Assembly (NCBI GenBank): GCA_913041895.1
Contig: CAJWKQ010000002.1
Span: 1-48,834 of the forward strand
Direction: 5' to 3'
DNA: 48,834 bases
From: an uncultured Verrucomicrobiales bacterium
GTDB taxonomy: Bacteria; Verrucomicrobiota; Verrucomicrobiia; Limisphaerales; UBA1100
The notes under the pieces were generated by a model. That model saw only the letters and a list, made by a program, of their open reading frames with translations. It was not told where the DNA came from and did no database searches. A program made the translations under genes and the position numbers. Of the stretch, positions 14,468-22,374 are shown piece after piece (the stretch's first letter is position 1; every line of letters starts with the position of its first letter).

Positions 14468-15784
14468 CTAGTTTCGAATCCTTATCAATTGCTTGAAGAA
14501 ATAAACACGATCCAAGTTCTCATTTATTTTTTCTATCCGTTGCCTGCACCTCTCTGAGGCCAATCTCACCTCGCGTTGATATTTCTGCTGATGCGGAAGA
14601 TAGGTACCCGTAACATAAGATTCTTCCGCTGCGGAAAGCTGCAAAGCCTCAAGGTCCTGTTCCATTCCGTTTTCCACCTCCTTGAGTAATTTACGGTCTA
14701 ACACAGCAATCTCCACCGACACATGTGTCGGTAAACGGTTGCCCACAAATGGATTTTTGGAAGGAGTGTATTCATCCATTCCTCGATCAAAATTATTGGG
14801 ATCGGCTGCGCGCACCCTAAAATGAATGACCCCGTCAATGAGCCGTGAAAAGCCCATGGGTGCGTCAATCCCGCCTGAGTTCAATTTTGCCCAGTTTCCC
14901 ATATCATCACGCGGATCACCCCACGGTTTATGATCAGGATCATGGGGATCCACTAATTTCCGAGCCATATAATAATTCTTATCTTCGTGAAACAAGACCA
15001 TCGAACCCTTAGGCCAAGTTTTTAATTTATCCCATATCGGAGGCCGTTCTATTGACTGAAAATCTTCGTGTTCTGGGATATGATTCATAAGGCCGGCCTT
15101 GGAGGAAGGAGGCGAGCGATAAATCCAAAGGGCACCAACAGGCGAATCAATCAAATCCACACTGGTAATGCCAAGGGGGTCTGAAATTGGAGTAAAATAA
15201 CGTTCACGGGTGCCAAACTTGTAATGTACCAACCTCCATCCGTTTGCATCTTCAGTAAAAAAACGGCAGTTGTGATGGAAAAGTTCCAGACTTGATCCTG
15301 ATGGGAACTCGCTCGGGGCAGCCGGGACACCGCTATAGTTCACAAAACCATCGGGCTCCATTCTAAGAGTCGCATTCTCACCAACACGCACACCGCCGGC
15401 GGCTTCACGCGTGTTCTTGAAGGGCTTATCAATTAAGGTTTCATCAAATGGTGCCCCCGGATTAGGCGGCAAATAAACAAAAGCGCTAGTAACCGGATTC
15501 CGATCAATGAGATATTCAGGCACCCAACGCAGGTTGGGCTCAGTTCCTATTACAGTTCCCACCCGGCTAAGGCCTTGGAAATCTTCAACCAATATATCCA
15601 TCGCAGAACGCGATTCATCCATGGCAATTGCCCGGTTTTGGCCGGTAATAAATACCTTTTGCACCTTATCAAAGATGGAGTAGAGCATGATGATGAGAAC
15701 CAGCGCAATGGTCACTGCCCCCATGAGCTCCACCATGGTAAAGGCCCTTGTATTTTTCAGTCGATGGCACAGTAAAATATTCAC
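14468..15784 (-). CDS. prepilin-type N-terminal methylation domain protein, GspJ/PilW-like, expanded (438 aa)
   Basis: Leader plus mature N-terminus KNTRAFTMVELMGAVTIALVLIIMLYSIFDKV, followed by the AMDESRSAMDILVEDFQGL segment typical of GspJ/PilW. The start overlaps the upstream stop by 4 nt. Confidence 0.6.
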   Translation of the reverse strand: MNILLCHRLKNTRAFTMVELMGAVTIALVLIIMLYSIFDKVQKVFITGQNRAIAMDESRSAMDILVEDFQGLSRVGTVIGTEPNLRWVPEYLIDRNPVTSAFVYLPPNPGAPFDETLIDKPFKNTREAAGGVRVGENATLRMEPDGFVNYSGVPAAPSEFPSGSSLELFHHNCRFFTEDANGWRLVHYKFGTRERYFTPISDPLGITSVDLIDSPVGALWIYRSPPSSKAGLMNHIPEHEDFQSIERPPIWDKLKTWPKGSMVLFHEDKNYYMARKLVDPHDPDHKPWGDPRDDMGNWAKLNSGGIDAPMGFSRLIDGVIHFRVRAADPNNFDRGMDEYTPSKNPFVGNRLPTHVSVEIAVLDRKLLKEVENGMEQDLEALQLSAAEESYVTGTYLPHQQKYQREVRLASERCRQRIEKINENLDRVYFFKQLIRIRN

Positions 15785-17718
15785 TGGCTAACCCTCCATA
15801 GCCAAGGAACCATTACTTGTTTCAGTGGAGGCGTCGGATTACTGTAAGGCACCCAATTTCTCCTTGTTTCAAATGCTCCCCATATAGGTGTTAAGCTGGT
15901 GTAGCATTCTTTGTTAATTGACTTCTCATCCAAAGTGGCAGGCCTGTGAGCAGTCACCCTCAATCTTTTGGAGAGCATGAAATCACCCCCCACATGCTCC
16001 ACAAGAGCGGGGCGGGGCGGCTGGTTTTCCTCCACTGTTCGATCGAACTGATTATCAGGACTTGGGTTTGAAGGCTTATCCCATTCTCTTGTTCTGGCAT
16101 ATTGATCTAACAAGCCAGCCCAAGTCTGACCTTTACCTAAAAAACTGATTATATAATTGTCTTTCACACTCAGCGCAGCAGGCAAGTCCACAGCTTTGTA
16201 TAGTAAATACTCATCTCCTGATGTGGTTGCATTTTCCTTTCCAAACCAAGCCCGTTGGCGATACCGAGCGACCTTGCCCCCGGGCACCCAAGCGATTTGA
16301 AGTGGATCTGCTGCCCCATAAGGATACAGCCACATGCCTGAATGACCAATCGGAGTCACAATGTTTTCAGGCCCAAATCTACTCCATGACTGTAAAACTT
16401 CCGGGAGACTGATATTCCATTCATCAGGCCTGAAAAATGGATCCAGATCCTGATAATGATACTCCTTGTGGGCTTCCTCACGATCTTTGATCCCGATAGG
16501 TAATGGCATTGTCACATCGAAATCCCAATCACCTCCGGCTTTCCATATTTTTTTCGGCATGCCCACTAGATTTATCCGTCTGGGCCCGCCATACTTCTTG
16601 GGAGGTAGAACATTATCAACAAGCCAAGGATACCCATTATCGTCTTCAATTTTATCAAGCCCAGAATGGTAAGGATTGAAAAGCCCCTTTAACCTCGGGT
16701 CACCAGAGTCTATACGTTCACCCGGCCGAAGAACGCGCATCTCCTTCATAAATCGTCTTTCCTGAAGTGTAAGCATATCTTCAGTAAGTGCTTTCTCAAT
16801 TCGGCCGGGTTGCTTGATGGTGAAGCTTTTCTTCTTAAATTTGATAAATGAATCGGGCTCTTCTGACAGCGCAATAACATTCCTGATAAGATCGAATCTG
16901 TTTTTTGCATTCGGAATTGCAGCAGTTGGCTTGGGTTCCAGCATTTCCACCACCTCCTCAAGGAGCGGCCAATAAAATGTCATTTTGATGCTGCTACCCG
17001 CCTGCCCGTAGCCGATCCCCGTTTTTGGATCGTTGTTTTCAGGCTGCACCTGCAGAATGTAACCGGTGGAAAAATCGCGGTTCGGGAAATGGTACTCGTC
17101 GCTCTCAGGTTCTGCCCCATAAAAACGATCGAACAAGGCTCCATTCACTGCCCTGACCAGCACAAAATTGCCTTCTGAATCGCCCCACGGTTTATTTTTC
17201 TCATCAGGATCTGCAGGATCGATATCATTGAGTTTTAAAAGCCATCCCTGCACATCTGAAGACCAATATTTTTTAGCCTTAGCCAATGACAGACTATTGG
17301 CAGGAAAAGCACTCCAGGCCCGTGTTCCATTGAAATCCGTATAATCTAAAGGATAAGGCGTCGCACCGGGTGACGCAATATCCACGTAACTTACTATTTC
17401 GTTCGCACCCGGAACCAGGCGACCCCGACGAGGATTAATAAAAGTATGTGTAAACTTACCGCGTTGAACTTCCACCCGATCGACCCGTTCATTGATATCC
17501 TCCAGCAATAAACCATCTGAAAGCAATACTTCATGCCAGTACTGGGCTTCATAGCGAATAATGGTTTCCTCCTGATTATTCTTTTGTGCGGTCAATCCAA
17601 ATGGAAGAATGGAAAATACCCCGACCAAGCCCAGCGCTATAACCCCAATGGCCAAAGCAACTTCTGGCAGGGTAAAAGCCCGCTTTCTAAGTTTTCTGAA
17701 TAACGCTACAGTCATCAC
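15781..17718 (-). CDS. prepilin-type N-terminal methylation domain protein, GspI/PilV-like, expanded (645 aa)
   Basis: N-terminus RKRAFTLPEVALAIGVIALGLVGVFSILP resembles GspI/PilV (xFTLxEV...LGLxG). It overlaps both neighbours by 4 nt. Confidence 0.55.
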   Translation of the reverse strand: MMTVALFRKLRKRAFTLPEVALAIGVIALGLVGVFSILPFGLTAQKNNQEETIIRYEAQYWHEVLLSDGLLLEDINERVDRVEVQRGKFTHTFINPRRGRLVPGANEIVSYVDIASPGATPYPLDYTDFNGTRAWSAFPANSLSLAKAKKYWSSDVQGWLLKLNDIDPADPDEKNKPWGDSEGNFVLVRAVNGALFDRFYGAEPESDEYHFPNRDFSTGYILQVQPENNDPKTGIGYGQAGSSIKMTFYWPLLEEVVEMLEPKPTAAIPNAKNRFDLIRNVIALSEEPDSFIKFKKKSFTIKQPGRIEKALTEDMLTLQERRFMKEMRVLRPGERIDSGDPRLKGLFNPYHSGLDKIEDDNGYPWLVDNVLPPKKYGGPRRINLVGMPKKIWKAGGDWDFDVTMPLPIGIKDREEAHKEYHYQDLDPFFRPDEWNISLPEVLQSWSRFGPENIVTPIGHSGMWLYPYGAADPLQIAWVPGGKVARYRQRAWFGKENATTSGDEYLLYKAVDLPAALSVKDNYIISFLGKGQTWAGLLDQYARTREWDKPSNPSPDNQFDRTVEENQPPRPALVEHVGGDFMLSKRLRVTAHRPATLDEKSINKECYTSLTPIWGAFETRRNWVPYSNPTPPLKQVMVPWLWRVSQ

Positions 17719-18920
17719 TTGCTCCTGATATAAACTTTTAATGGTTTACCCTGAAGGGCTGGGGCTTGCCCCGCTAAGCGTTCAATCCTAGCCTTAAGCC
17801 TGAGGGCCGACTGCCGGTCCGGTATTTTTTTATAAGCCGGTTTCAGTTTATATGTATTGTCGAGAAACCAAGTAGTGCTGGGGAAAGATTTATCGGCTGC
17901 CACGCTCCAATCCGTACCCGGACCTTTCCAATTACTATCATATACCGCCCCCAGCTCATTAACCAAATTAACTATAGGCGGATGGCTCGTTATCGCATTT
18001 TCAAAATGAGGCGGATATATGGGTGAGGAATGGATAAAGAGCTGATATTGACTCTTTTGAAGATCCAGTCCCGCAGCAGCTTCCTCCTCAGACAACTCCT
18101 TAATCTCGGTACGACCAGTAACCCCATTAATGTGAAACCATTTTCTGTCATTTGAAGCAACCGCCTCAGGCGGGTCTCCTTTACCGGGAATATATGCATC
18201 AAATTGATTTTTTCCTGGAGGCAATACCCCACCCTTTCCCACCGAAAGAAATACTCCTTCAAGAACCCTTCCACCCAGATTCGATTCAAGTTCTCCACGT
18301 TTATTAAATTTTATACAGGGAAGCTCAAGGCCGACACGATCGGCAAAGGGCGGCCTGCTTCCCTTTAGATATTCTACAGGTACTCTCGCCAACCCATTTA
18401 ATTCAGACCGATTAAAATGATATCCAGCCGGCAGGGTCTTCCAGTCCGTCCACCATCTCGTTGACGGATTACCCGGCTGATCGGTTATTAAATACTCAGA
18501 ATAAATTGCGTAACTAGTCAACTGTGAGCCTAGAAGTGCGTTCACGCCTTTATCCTGTGAAAAATAAGCCCTCTTATTAGCATCACTGAATACAGTGCCA
18601 CCAACCACTGTATATCTTGGGGGTATTGGGGGTGTGCTGAGCGGGTCACCTGAGTTCGGATATATATCATCATAGAGCGGCATGAACACCATGTAGACTG
18701 GCACCCCTTTCTCCAACGCCATTTGACGCGCGCGGTTAAGATCTCCCACCACCTGAGTTCGCGCCATCCCATCACCGTCTCCGCCCAAAATTCCATCCAG
18801 CGAGGGAAGTGTGAGCCTCAGGATAATCAGCATGATCGCAACGACCCCCAACAATTCAACCAGAGTAAAGGCAGCACGCCTTCTATCTAGTTCAACCGTC
18901 TTCTGGCCATATAAATCCAT
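17715..18920 (-). CDS. prepilin-type N-terminal methylation domain protein, GspH/FimU-like, expanded (401 aa)
   Basis: N-terminus RRAAFTLVELLGVVAIMLIILRLTLPSL followed by VVGDLNRARQMALEKGVPVYMVF, the GspH/FimU-like pattern. It starts 1 nt after the upstream stop. Confidence 0.55.
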   Translation of the reverse strand: MDLYGQKTVELDRRRAAFTLVELLGVVAIMLIILRLTLPSLDGILGGDGDGMARTQVVGDLNRARQMALEKGVPVYMVFMPLYDDIYPNSGDPLSTPPIPPRYTVVGGTVFSDANKRAYFSQDKGVNALLGSQLTSYAIYSEYLITDQPGNPSTRWWTDWKTLPAGYHFNRSELNGLARVPVEYLKGSRPPFADRVGLELPCIKFNKRGELESNLGGRVLEGVFLSVGKGGVLPPGKNQFDAYIPGKGDPPEAVASNDRKWFHINGVTGRTEIKELSEEEAAAGLDLQKSQYQLFIHSSPIYPPHFENAITSHPPIVNLVNELGAVYDSNWKGPGTDWSVAADKSFPSTTWFLDNTYKLKPAYKKIPDRQSALRLKARIERLAGQAPALQGKPLKVYIRSK

Positions 18921-18921
18921 A

Positions 18922-19815
18922 TCAATCCCAGCTCTTTATGTTATCAATATCAGGGGTGTTTTTCGTATCATATTTGGTTTTTTCGTTATTAGGTACATTG
19001 CCGTAATTAACTCCCCTTGGATAACCCGCCATACCTTCAATTTCCCGATCCGGACCGGCAGTCCAAATCATAACATCTCCCTTGATAGCGCTATACTTTA
19101 TAATTCTCCCATTAAGCGAATGCCCGTTCCAATTAACTCGCGACTGATGAGGCGCAAGGCCTTCTTCGTTGAATTTCGAACCATAGTAATAATCGTAACA
19201 ATATCCATCCCGGTTCAGATCCATGGAAATTTTGAATTTGTTGCCGAATGGGTCACGGTAAATTCGAGCATCGGACACCCCCCCCCTTCTAAGCTGTCCA
19301 GCCGTGCCTTCCGGGCCCAGTTCTTTTGGTGCAAGATATACGTTCTTCTTAGGGTTTCGGGCCCCGTTTGGATTTGTACCATTAGGATTAGTATCATTCA
19401 TAAGGATGTACATGATGTCACTGTTGAAAGTTAACCTATTTCTCAGGTTAGGCAGAGCAGTAGCATCAAACCTCGGAAAAGTGACATTATAAATGGGATC
19501 TTTATTGTACATAGAATTGGGGTAACCAGCTGTTGAGTGATCGTTATTGTTAAAGATGTATCCTGAACTTGAATCACCAACCAAATTTCTCGGGTAATTA
19601 GCCGGAAGCGGAAATCGTTGATAGTCAGTCCTGTAGGCTTTAATCGCCGCATCCAAGTCTTTTATGCTAATACGGGCAGTGGCAACTTTGGCTTTTGTTT
19701 TAGACTTAGCAATCACCGGCAATAAAATACCGGCCAAAATAGCAACGATAGCGATAACCACTAAAAGCTCAACCAGCGTGAAGGCCCTTCTTGTAATTTC
19801 TATTTTCTCTTTCAT
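18922..19815 (-). CDS. GspG-like pseudopilin paralog with a large insertion (297 aa)
   Basis: N-terminus RRAFTLVELLVVIAIVAILAGILLPVIAKSK plus SIKDLDAAIKAYRTDYQRFP (GspG-like helix). C-terminal IWTAGPDREIEG resembles the GspG GxDG region. It contains a G9 homopolymer. Confidence 0.7.
   Translation of the reverse strand: MKEKIEITRRAFTLVELLVVIAIVAILAGILLPVIAKSKTKAKVATARISIKDLDAAIKAYRTDYQRFPLPANYPRNLVGDSSSGYIFNNNDHSTAGYPNSMYNKDPIYNVTFPRFDATALPNLRNRLTFNSDIMYILMNDTNPNGTNPNGARNPKKNVYLAPKELGPEGTAGQLRRGGVSDARIYRDPFGNKFKISMDLNRDGYCYDYYYGSKFNEEGLAPHQSRVNWNGHSLNGRIIKYSAIKGDVMIWTAGPDREIEGMAGYPRGVNYGNVPNNEKTKYDTKNTPDIDNIKSWD
19278..19286 (-). repeat. G9 (coding strand) homopolymer inside the GspG-like pilin gene
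   Basis: The plus strand reads ...acaCCCCCCCCCttc.... The coding strand AGA AGG GGG GGG GTG encodes RRGGV. Confidence 0.9.
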
Positions 19816-19825
19816 GTTTCTCCTC

Positions 19826-20422
19826 TTAATTTGACCAGTTTGAAATAACCTTTACGATATCATCACCGCCTCCGGCAACTCCATCATCCCCATAATCCCC
19901 GTATTCAACCCAAAGATCATACGAGTTCTTATTGTAAGTTGGGTTGTATGAATTGTAATGCCACTTGGTTAACTTCCCTCGCACAACATCTGGAGCCGAT
20001 GAAAGGAGAATCTCAGGGTTGTCATCATCACGCGGATCAGCTGTGCCATTATCATCCGTACTATTTCGACCATTTGGGAGAAATTGCCTGCCTTGACTTG
20101 GGCATAAATATTTATAAAGCCTGTTTGCCCAAGGCTTGCCAGTTGTATCCAGAGCCACAGCTTCATCCCATTCTTTCCTCGGATATTGAATTCCATCCCA
20201 CGATATACTTGGCGGAAACCCATTCTTCTCTGCCTTGTAGTTTTCCAGCGCCAATTCAATGCTCGCCATTTCCGTCATCAGCCTGGACTCGATCTGCTTG
20301 CTCTTTACCCGACCGTACAAACCCAGTGTCAATCCTGCCAGAATTCCGGCTATCACTATCACCACCAAAATTTCAGTCAGGGTAAACCCGCGCATATTAT
20401 TTTTTGTTTGAACCAGTTTCAT
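19826..20422 (-). CDS. gspG: major pseudopilin, GspG family
   Basis: Leader MKLVQTKNNMRG then FTLTEILVVIVIAGILAGLTL. It also has EMASIELALENYKAEKNGFPP and a C-terminal GDDGVAGGGDDIVKVISNW (classical GspG xDDIxNW ending). The ORF track extends to 20458, but that start overlaps brnA by 32 nt. The ATG at 20422 lies 4 nt after the brnA stop and gives a normal 12-residue leader. Confidence 0.8.
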   Translation of the reverse strand: MKLVQTKNNMRGFTLTEILVVIVIAGILAGLTLGLYGRVKSKQIESRLMTEMASIELALENYKAEKNGFPPSISWDGIQYPRKEWDEAVALDTTGKPWANRLYKYLCPSQGRQFLPNGRNSTDDNGTADPRDDDNPEILLSSAPDVVRGKLTKWHYNSYNPTYNKNSYDLWVEYGDYGDDGVAGGGDDIVKVISNWSN

Positions 20423-20426
20423 CAGA

Positions 20427-20696
20427 TTATTTTTTATTTTCTTCCTCCATTCGTTCACTTAACCACTGCTTGATCATGCTCTGGTAATTCAGGAAACGTG
20501 TTCGGGCAATCCATTTGATTTTAGACAACATGCGCGGATCCATGCGCAGGGTAATGGTTACCGAATCCTTGGAGGTTGGGCTGGCCATAACTGAATTTTC
20601 CATCAACCGCACGTCCAGTTGAGCCTCTTCCCAAAAAGCGGCCTCCTCTTTTTCCCCGGAAAACTCCGGAACTTCTTTCCAATCACTAACAATCAT
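20427..20696 (-). CDS. brnA: BrnA/CopG-family antitoxin (partner of the DUF497 toxin)
   Basis: 89 aa. EEAAFWEEAQL, then VTITLRMDPRMLSKIKWIARTRFLNYQSMIKQWLSERM matches the pattern I know for CopG-type antitoxins paired with BrnT (FWd...isiRl...lk.lA...g..YQtliK.wl.Erl). It overlaps the toxin gene by 4 nt. Confidence 0.7.
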   Translation of the reverse strand: MIVSDWKEVPEFSGEKEEAAFWEEAQLDVRLMENSVMASPTSKDSVTITLRMDPRMLSKIKWIARTRFLNYQSMIKQWLSERMEEENKK

Positions 20697-20995
20697 CCTG
20701 ATCCTCCATTATTGCTTAACAATCTATCCTGTTGGCGTTCGTAAAAGAACCCTTCCTCCGGCGTAAACAGCCGGGCACATACCACCTGAATCTGCCTGCC
20801 ATTTGCTCGGTACACCGCAAAAACACCCTCCCCAGAGGACGTTTTTCCAAAATTGAAATATCTGGCATTTACTGAAAAACGCGGGGCATCCGGTAAAAGC
20901 CTGACAGAAAACGGATCCTCGAAGGATTCCTCTATTTCACGCTGTTTCAAGGAACAACCAGGGAGGTCTGACCACTTATTCCAATCAAAATCCAT
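20693..20995 (-). CDS. brnT: BrnT (DUF497) family toxin
   Basis: 100 aa. FDWNKW...EIEESFEDPFSV...RYFNFGKTSSGEGVFAVYRANGRQIQVVCARLFTPEEGFFYE follows the DUF497/BrnT consensus layout (FeWD..K...H.vsfeEa.evF.DP.....R....G....g.ll.vv.t.r...iriIsAR.at..E...Y). Confidence 0.75.
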   Translation of the reverse strand: MDFDWNKWSDLPGCSLKQREIEESFEDPFSVRLLPDAPRFSVNARYFNFGKTSSGEGVFAVYRANGRQIQVVCARLFTPEEGFFYERQQDRLLSNNGGSG

Positions 20996-21004
20996 TCTTC
21001 AAAA

Positions 21005-21019
21005 CGTATGATTCATATG
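21005..21019. promoter_or_regulatory. imperfect palindrome CGTATGAtTCATATG just upstream of brnT, candidate antitoxin operator
   Basis: Read directly: 7-nt arms with one mismatch, centred about 17 nt upstream of the brnT ATG (20995). Ribbon-helix-helix antitoxins commonly autoregulate through such palindromes. Confidence 0.25.
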
Positions 21020-21108
21020 ACCATTCCAAGTCCCTACAAAGTATTTACATCCATTTTGGAAAAAAATCAACCTGTAGGAGTGTTTTTTCGGATAATTTTG
21101 TAATTAAA

Positions 21109-22371
21109 CTAAGATCCGAGCTTATCCATCATCTTGATAAGCGGTAGGAACATCGCGATAACGATACTGCCAACAATAACAGCTAGAAAACAAATCATCA
21201 CCGGCTCTAGAAGAGATGTAAGGGCACTAACGGCATTATCAACTTCCTCCTCATAAACATCAGCCACTTTCACTAACATTTCCGGCAAAGCGCCGGTTTC
21301 CTCTCCAATATCAATCATGCTCACAACCATGGGCGGAAAGATGCCAGAAGCTTCTAGAGGCTTGGTGATAGTTTCACCCTCTTTCACCGCGTCGTATACC
21401 TTGTCGATCGCGTTGGAAAGATGAACATTGCCAGCAGTCTCTTTAACAATACTCAAAGCCTGAAGAATGGGCACACCGGATGAAATGAGCGTACCCAGAG
21501 TACGAGCAAAGCGCGCGATCGCAACTTTTCTCACCAATGGCCCAAGAGCAGGCATCAGTAGTTTAAATTTATCCCACACCCATCTACCAGCCTTCGTTTT
21601 GCTAATAATTAGCTTGAATACAATGAAAAATGCGAAGGTTCCACCAAGAACCGCAATCACATTGTTCTTAATGGCATCTGAAATATTAAGCACCAGCATG
21701 GTAAACCCAGGAAGAGTTTCCCCATCACCCAACATATCGGCGAAAATAGCCTTAAACTTGGGAATAACAAAAGTCATCAAAACCCCAACAATAATAACTG
21801 CCACAATCATTACCGCAACAGGGTAGAACATTGCGGACTTAACCTTGCCCTTAATGGACTCAGCCTTCTCTTGGAACTCAGCCAGACGGTTCAGGGCAAT
21901 TTCGAGAACACCACCAATCTCTCCAGCCTTGACCATGTTGATATACAACTTATCAAAAATCTTGGGATGCTTGGCCAAAGCTTCTGAAAAGGTGGACCCT
22001 CCCCCAATTGTCTCGCCAATATCATTGATAATGCCCTTGAAATAGGCGTTTGGAATGGACTTGGAAAGCGTAGTCATACCGCGCATGAGCGGCAAACCCG
22101 CATCAATCAAAACCGCCAACTGGCGGGTAAACATACAAAGCTCTTTGGTGTTTACAATCGGTAATGCAAAACCGATATCACCCTTTTTCTTTCCTTTTTT
22201 CTCCTTGCGCTTCTTTGCTTCCTCAGGCGTATCCTTAACCTCAGCCACCTGGGTTGGATAGAAGCCCATTTCCTTGATCCGGGAAATTGCCTCATTCTGG
22301 CTACCCACCTCAAGAGTACCCTCCTTTTGCTTTCCATCCTTATCGATGGCAGTATAGCTGAAAAGCGGCAT
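21109..22371 (-). CDS. type IV pilus / T2SS platform protein (PilC/GspF family)
   Basis: 420 aa with a typical N-terminus FSYTAIDKDGKQKEGTLEVGSQNEAISRIKEMGFYP. Two T2SSF-like repeats (FTRQLAVLIDAGLPL and FARTLGTLISSGVPIL) and hydrophobic TM segments. Confidence 0.92.
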   Translation of the reverse strand: MPLFSYTAIDKDGKQKEGTLEVGSQNEAISRIKEMGFYPTQVAEVKDTPEEAKKRKEKKGKKKGDIGFALPIVNTKELCMFTRQLAVLIDAGLPLMRGMTTLSKSIPNAYFKGIINDIGETIGGGSTFSEALAKHPKIFDKLYINMVKAGEIGGVLEIALNRLAEFQEKAESIKGKVKSAMFYPVAVMIVAVIIVGVLMTFVIPKFKAIFADMLGDGETLPGFTMLVLNISDAIKNNVIAVLGGTFAFFIVFKLIISKTKAGRWVWDKFKLLMPALGPLVRKVAIARFARTLGTLISSGVPILQALSIVKETAGNVHLSNAIDKVYDAVKEGETITKPLEASGIFPPMVVSMIDIGEETGALPEMLVKVADVYEEEVDNAVSALTSLLEPVMICFLAVIVGSIVIAMFLPLIKMMDKLGS

Positions 22372-22374
22372 ATA

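Noticed and set aside
18811-19434. 207-aa plus-strand ORF. Other long antisense ORFs are similar: 19939-20385 (148 aa), 7045-7449 (134 aa), 47507-47911 (134 aa), 21467-21826 (119 aa) and 9886-10215 (109 aa).
   Set aside because: - All lie entirely antisense to well-supported minus-strand genes (pilins, uvrA, gspF, secreted paralog).
- They have odd, low-complexity composition and no motifs.
- They are typical shadow ORFs.
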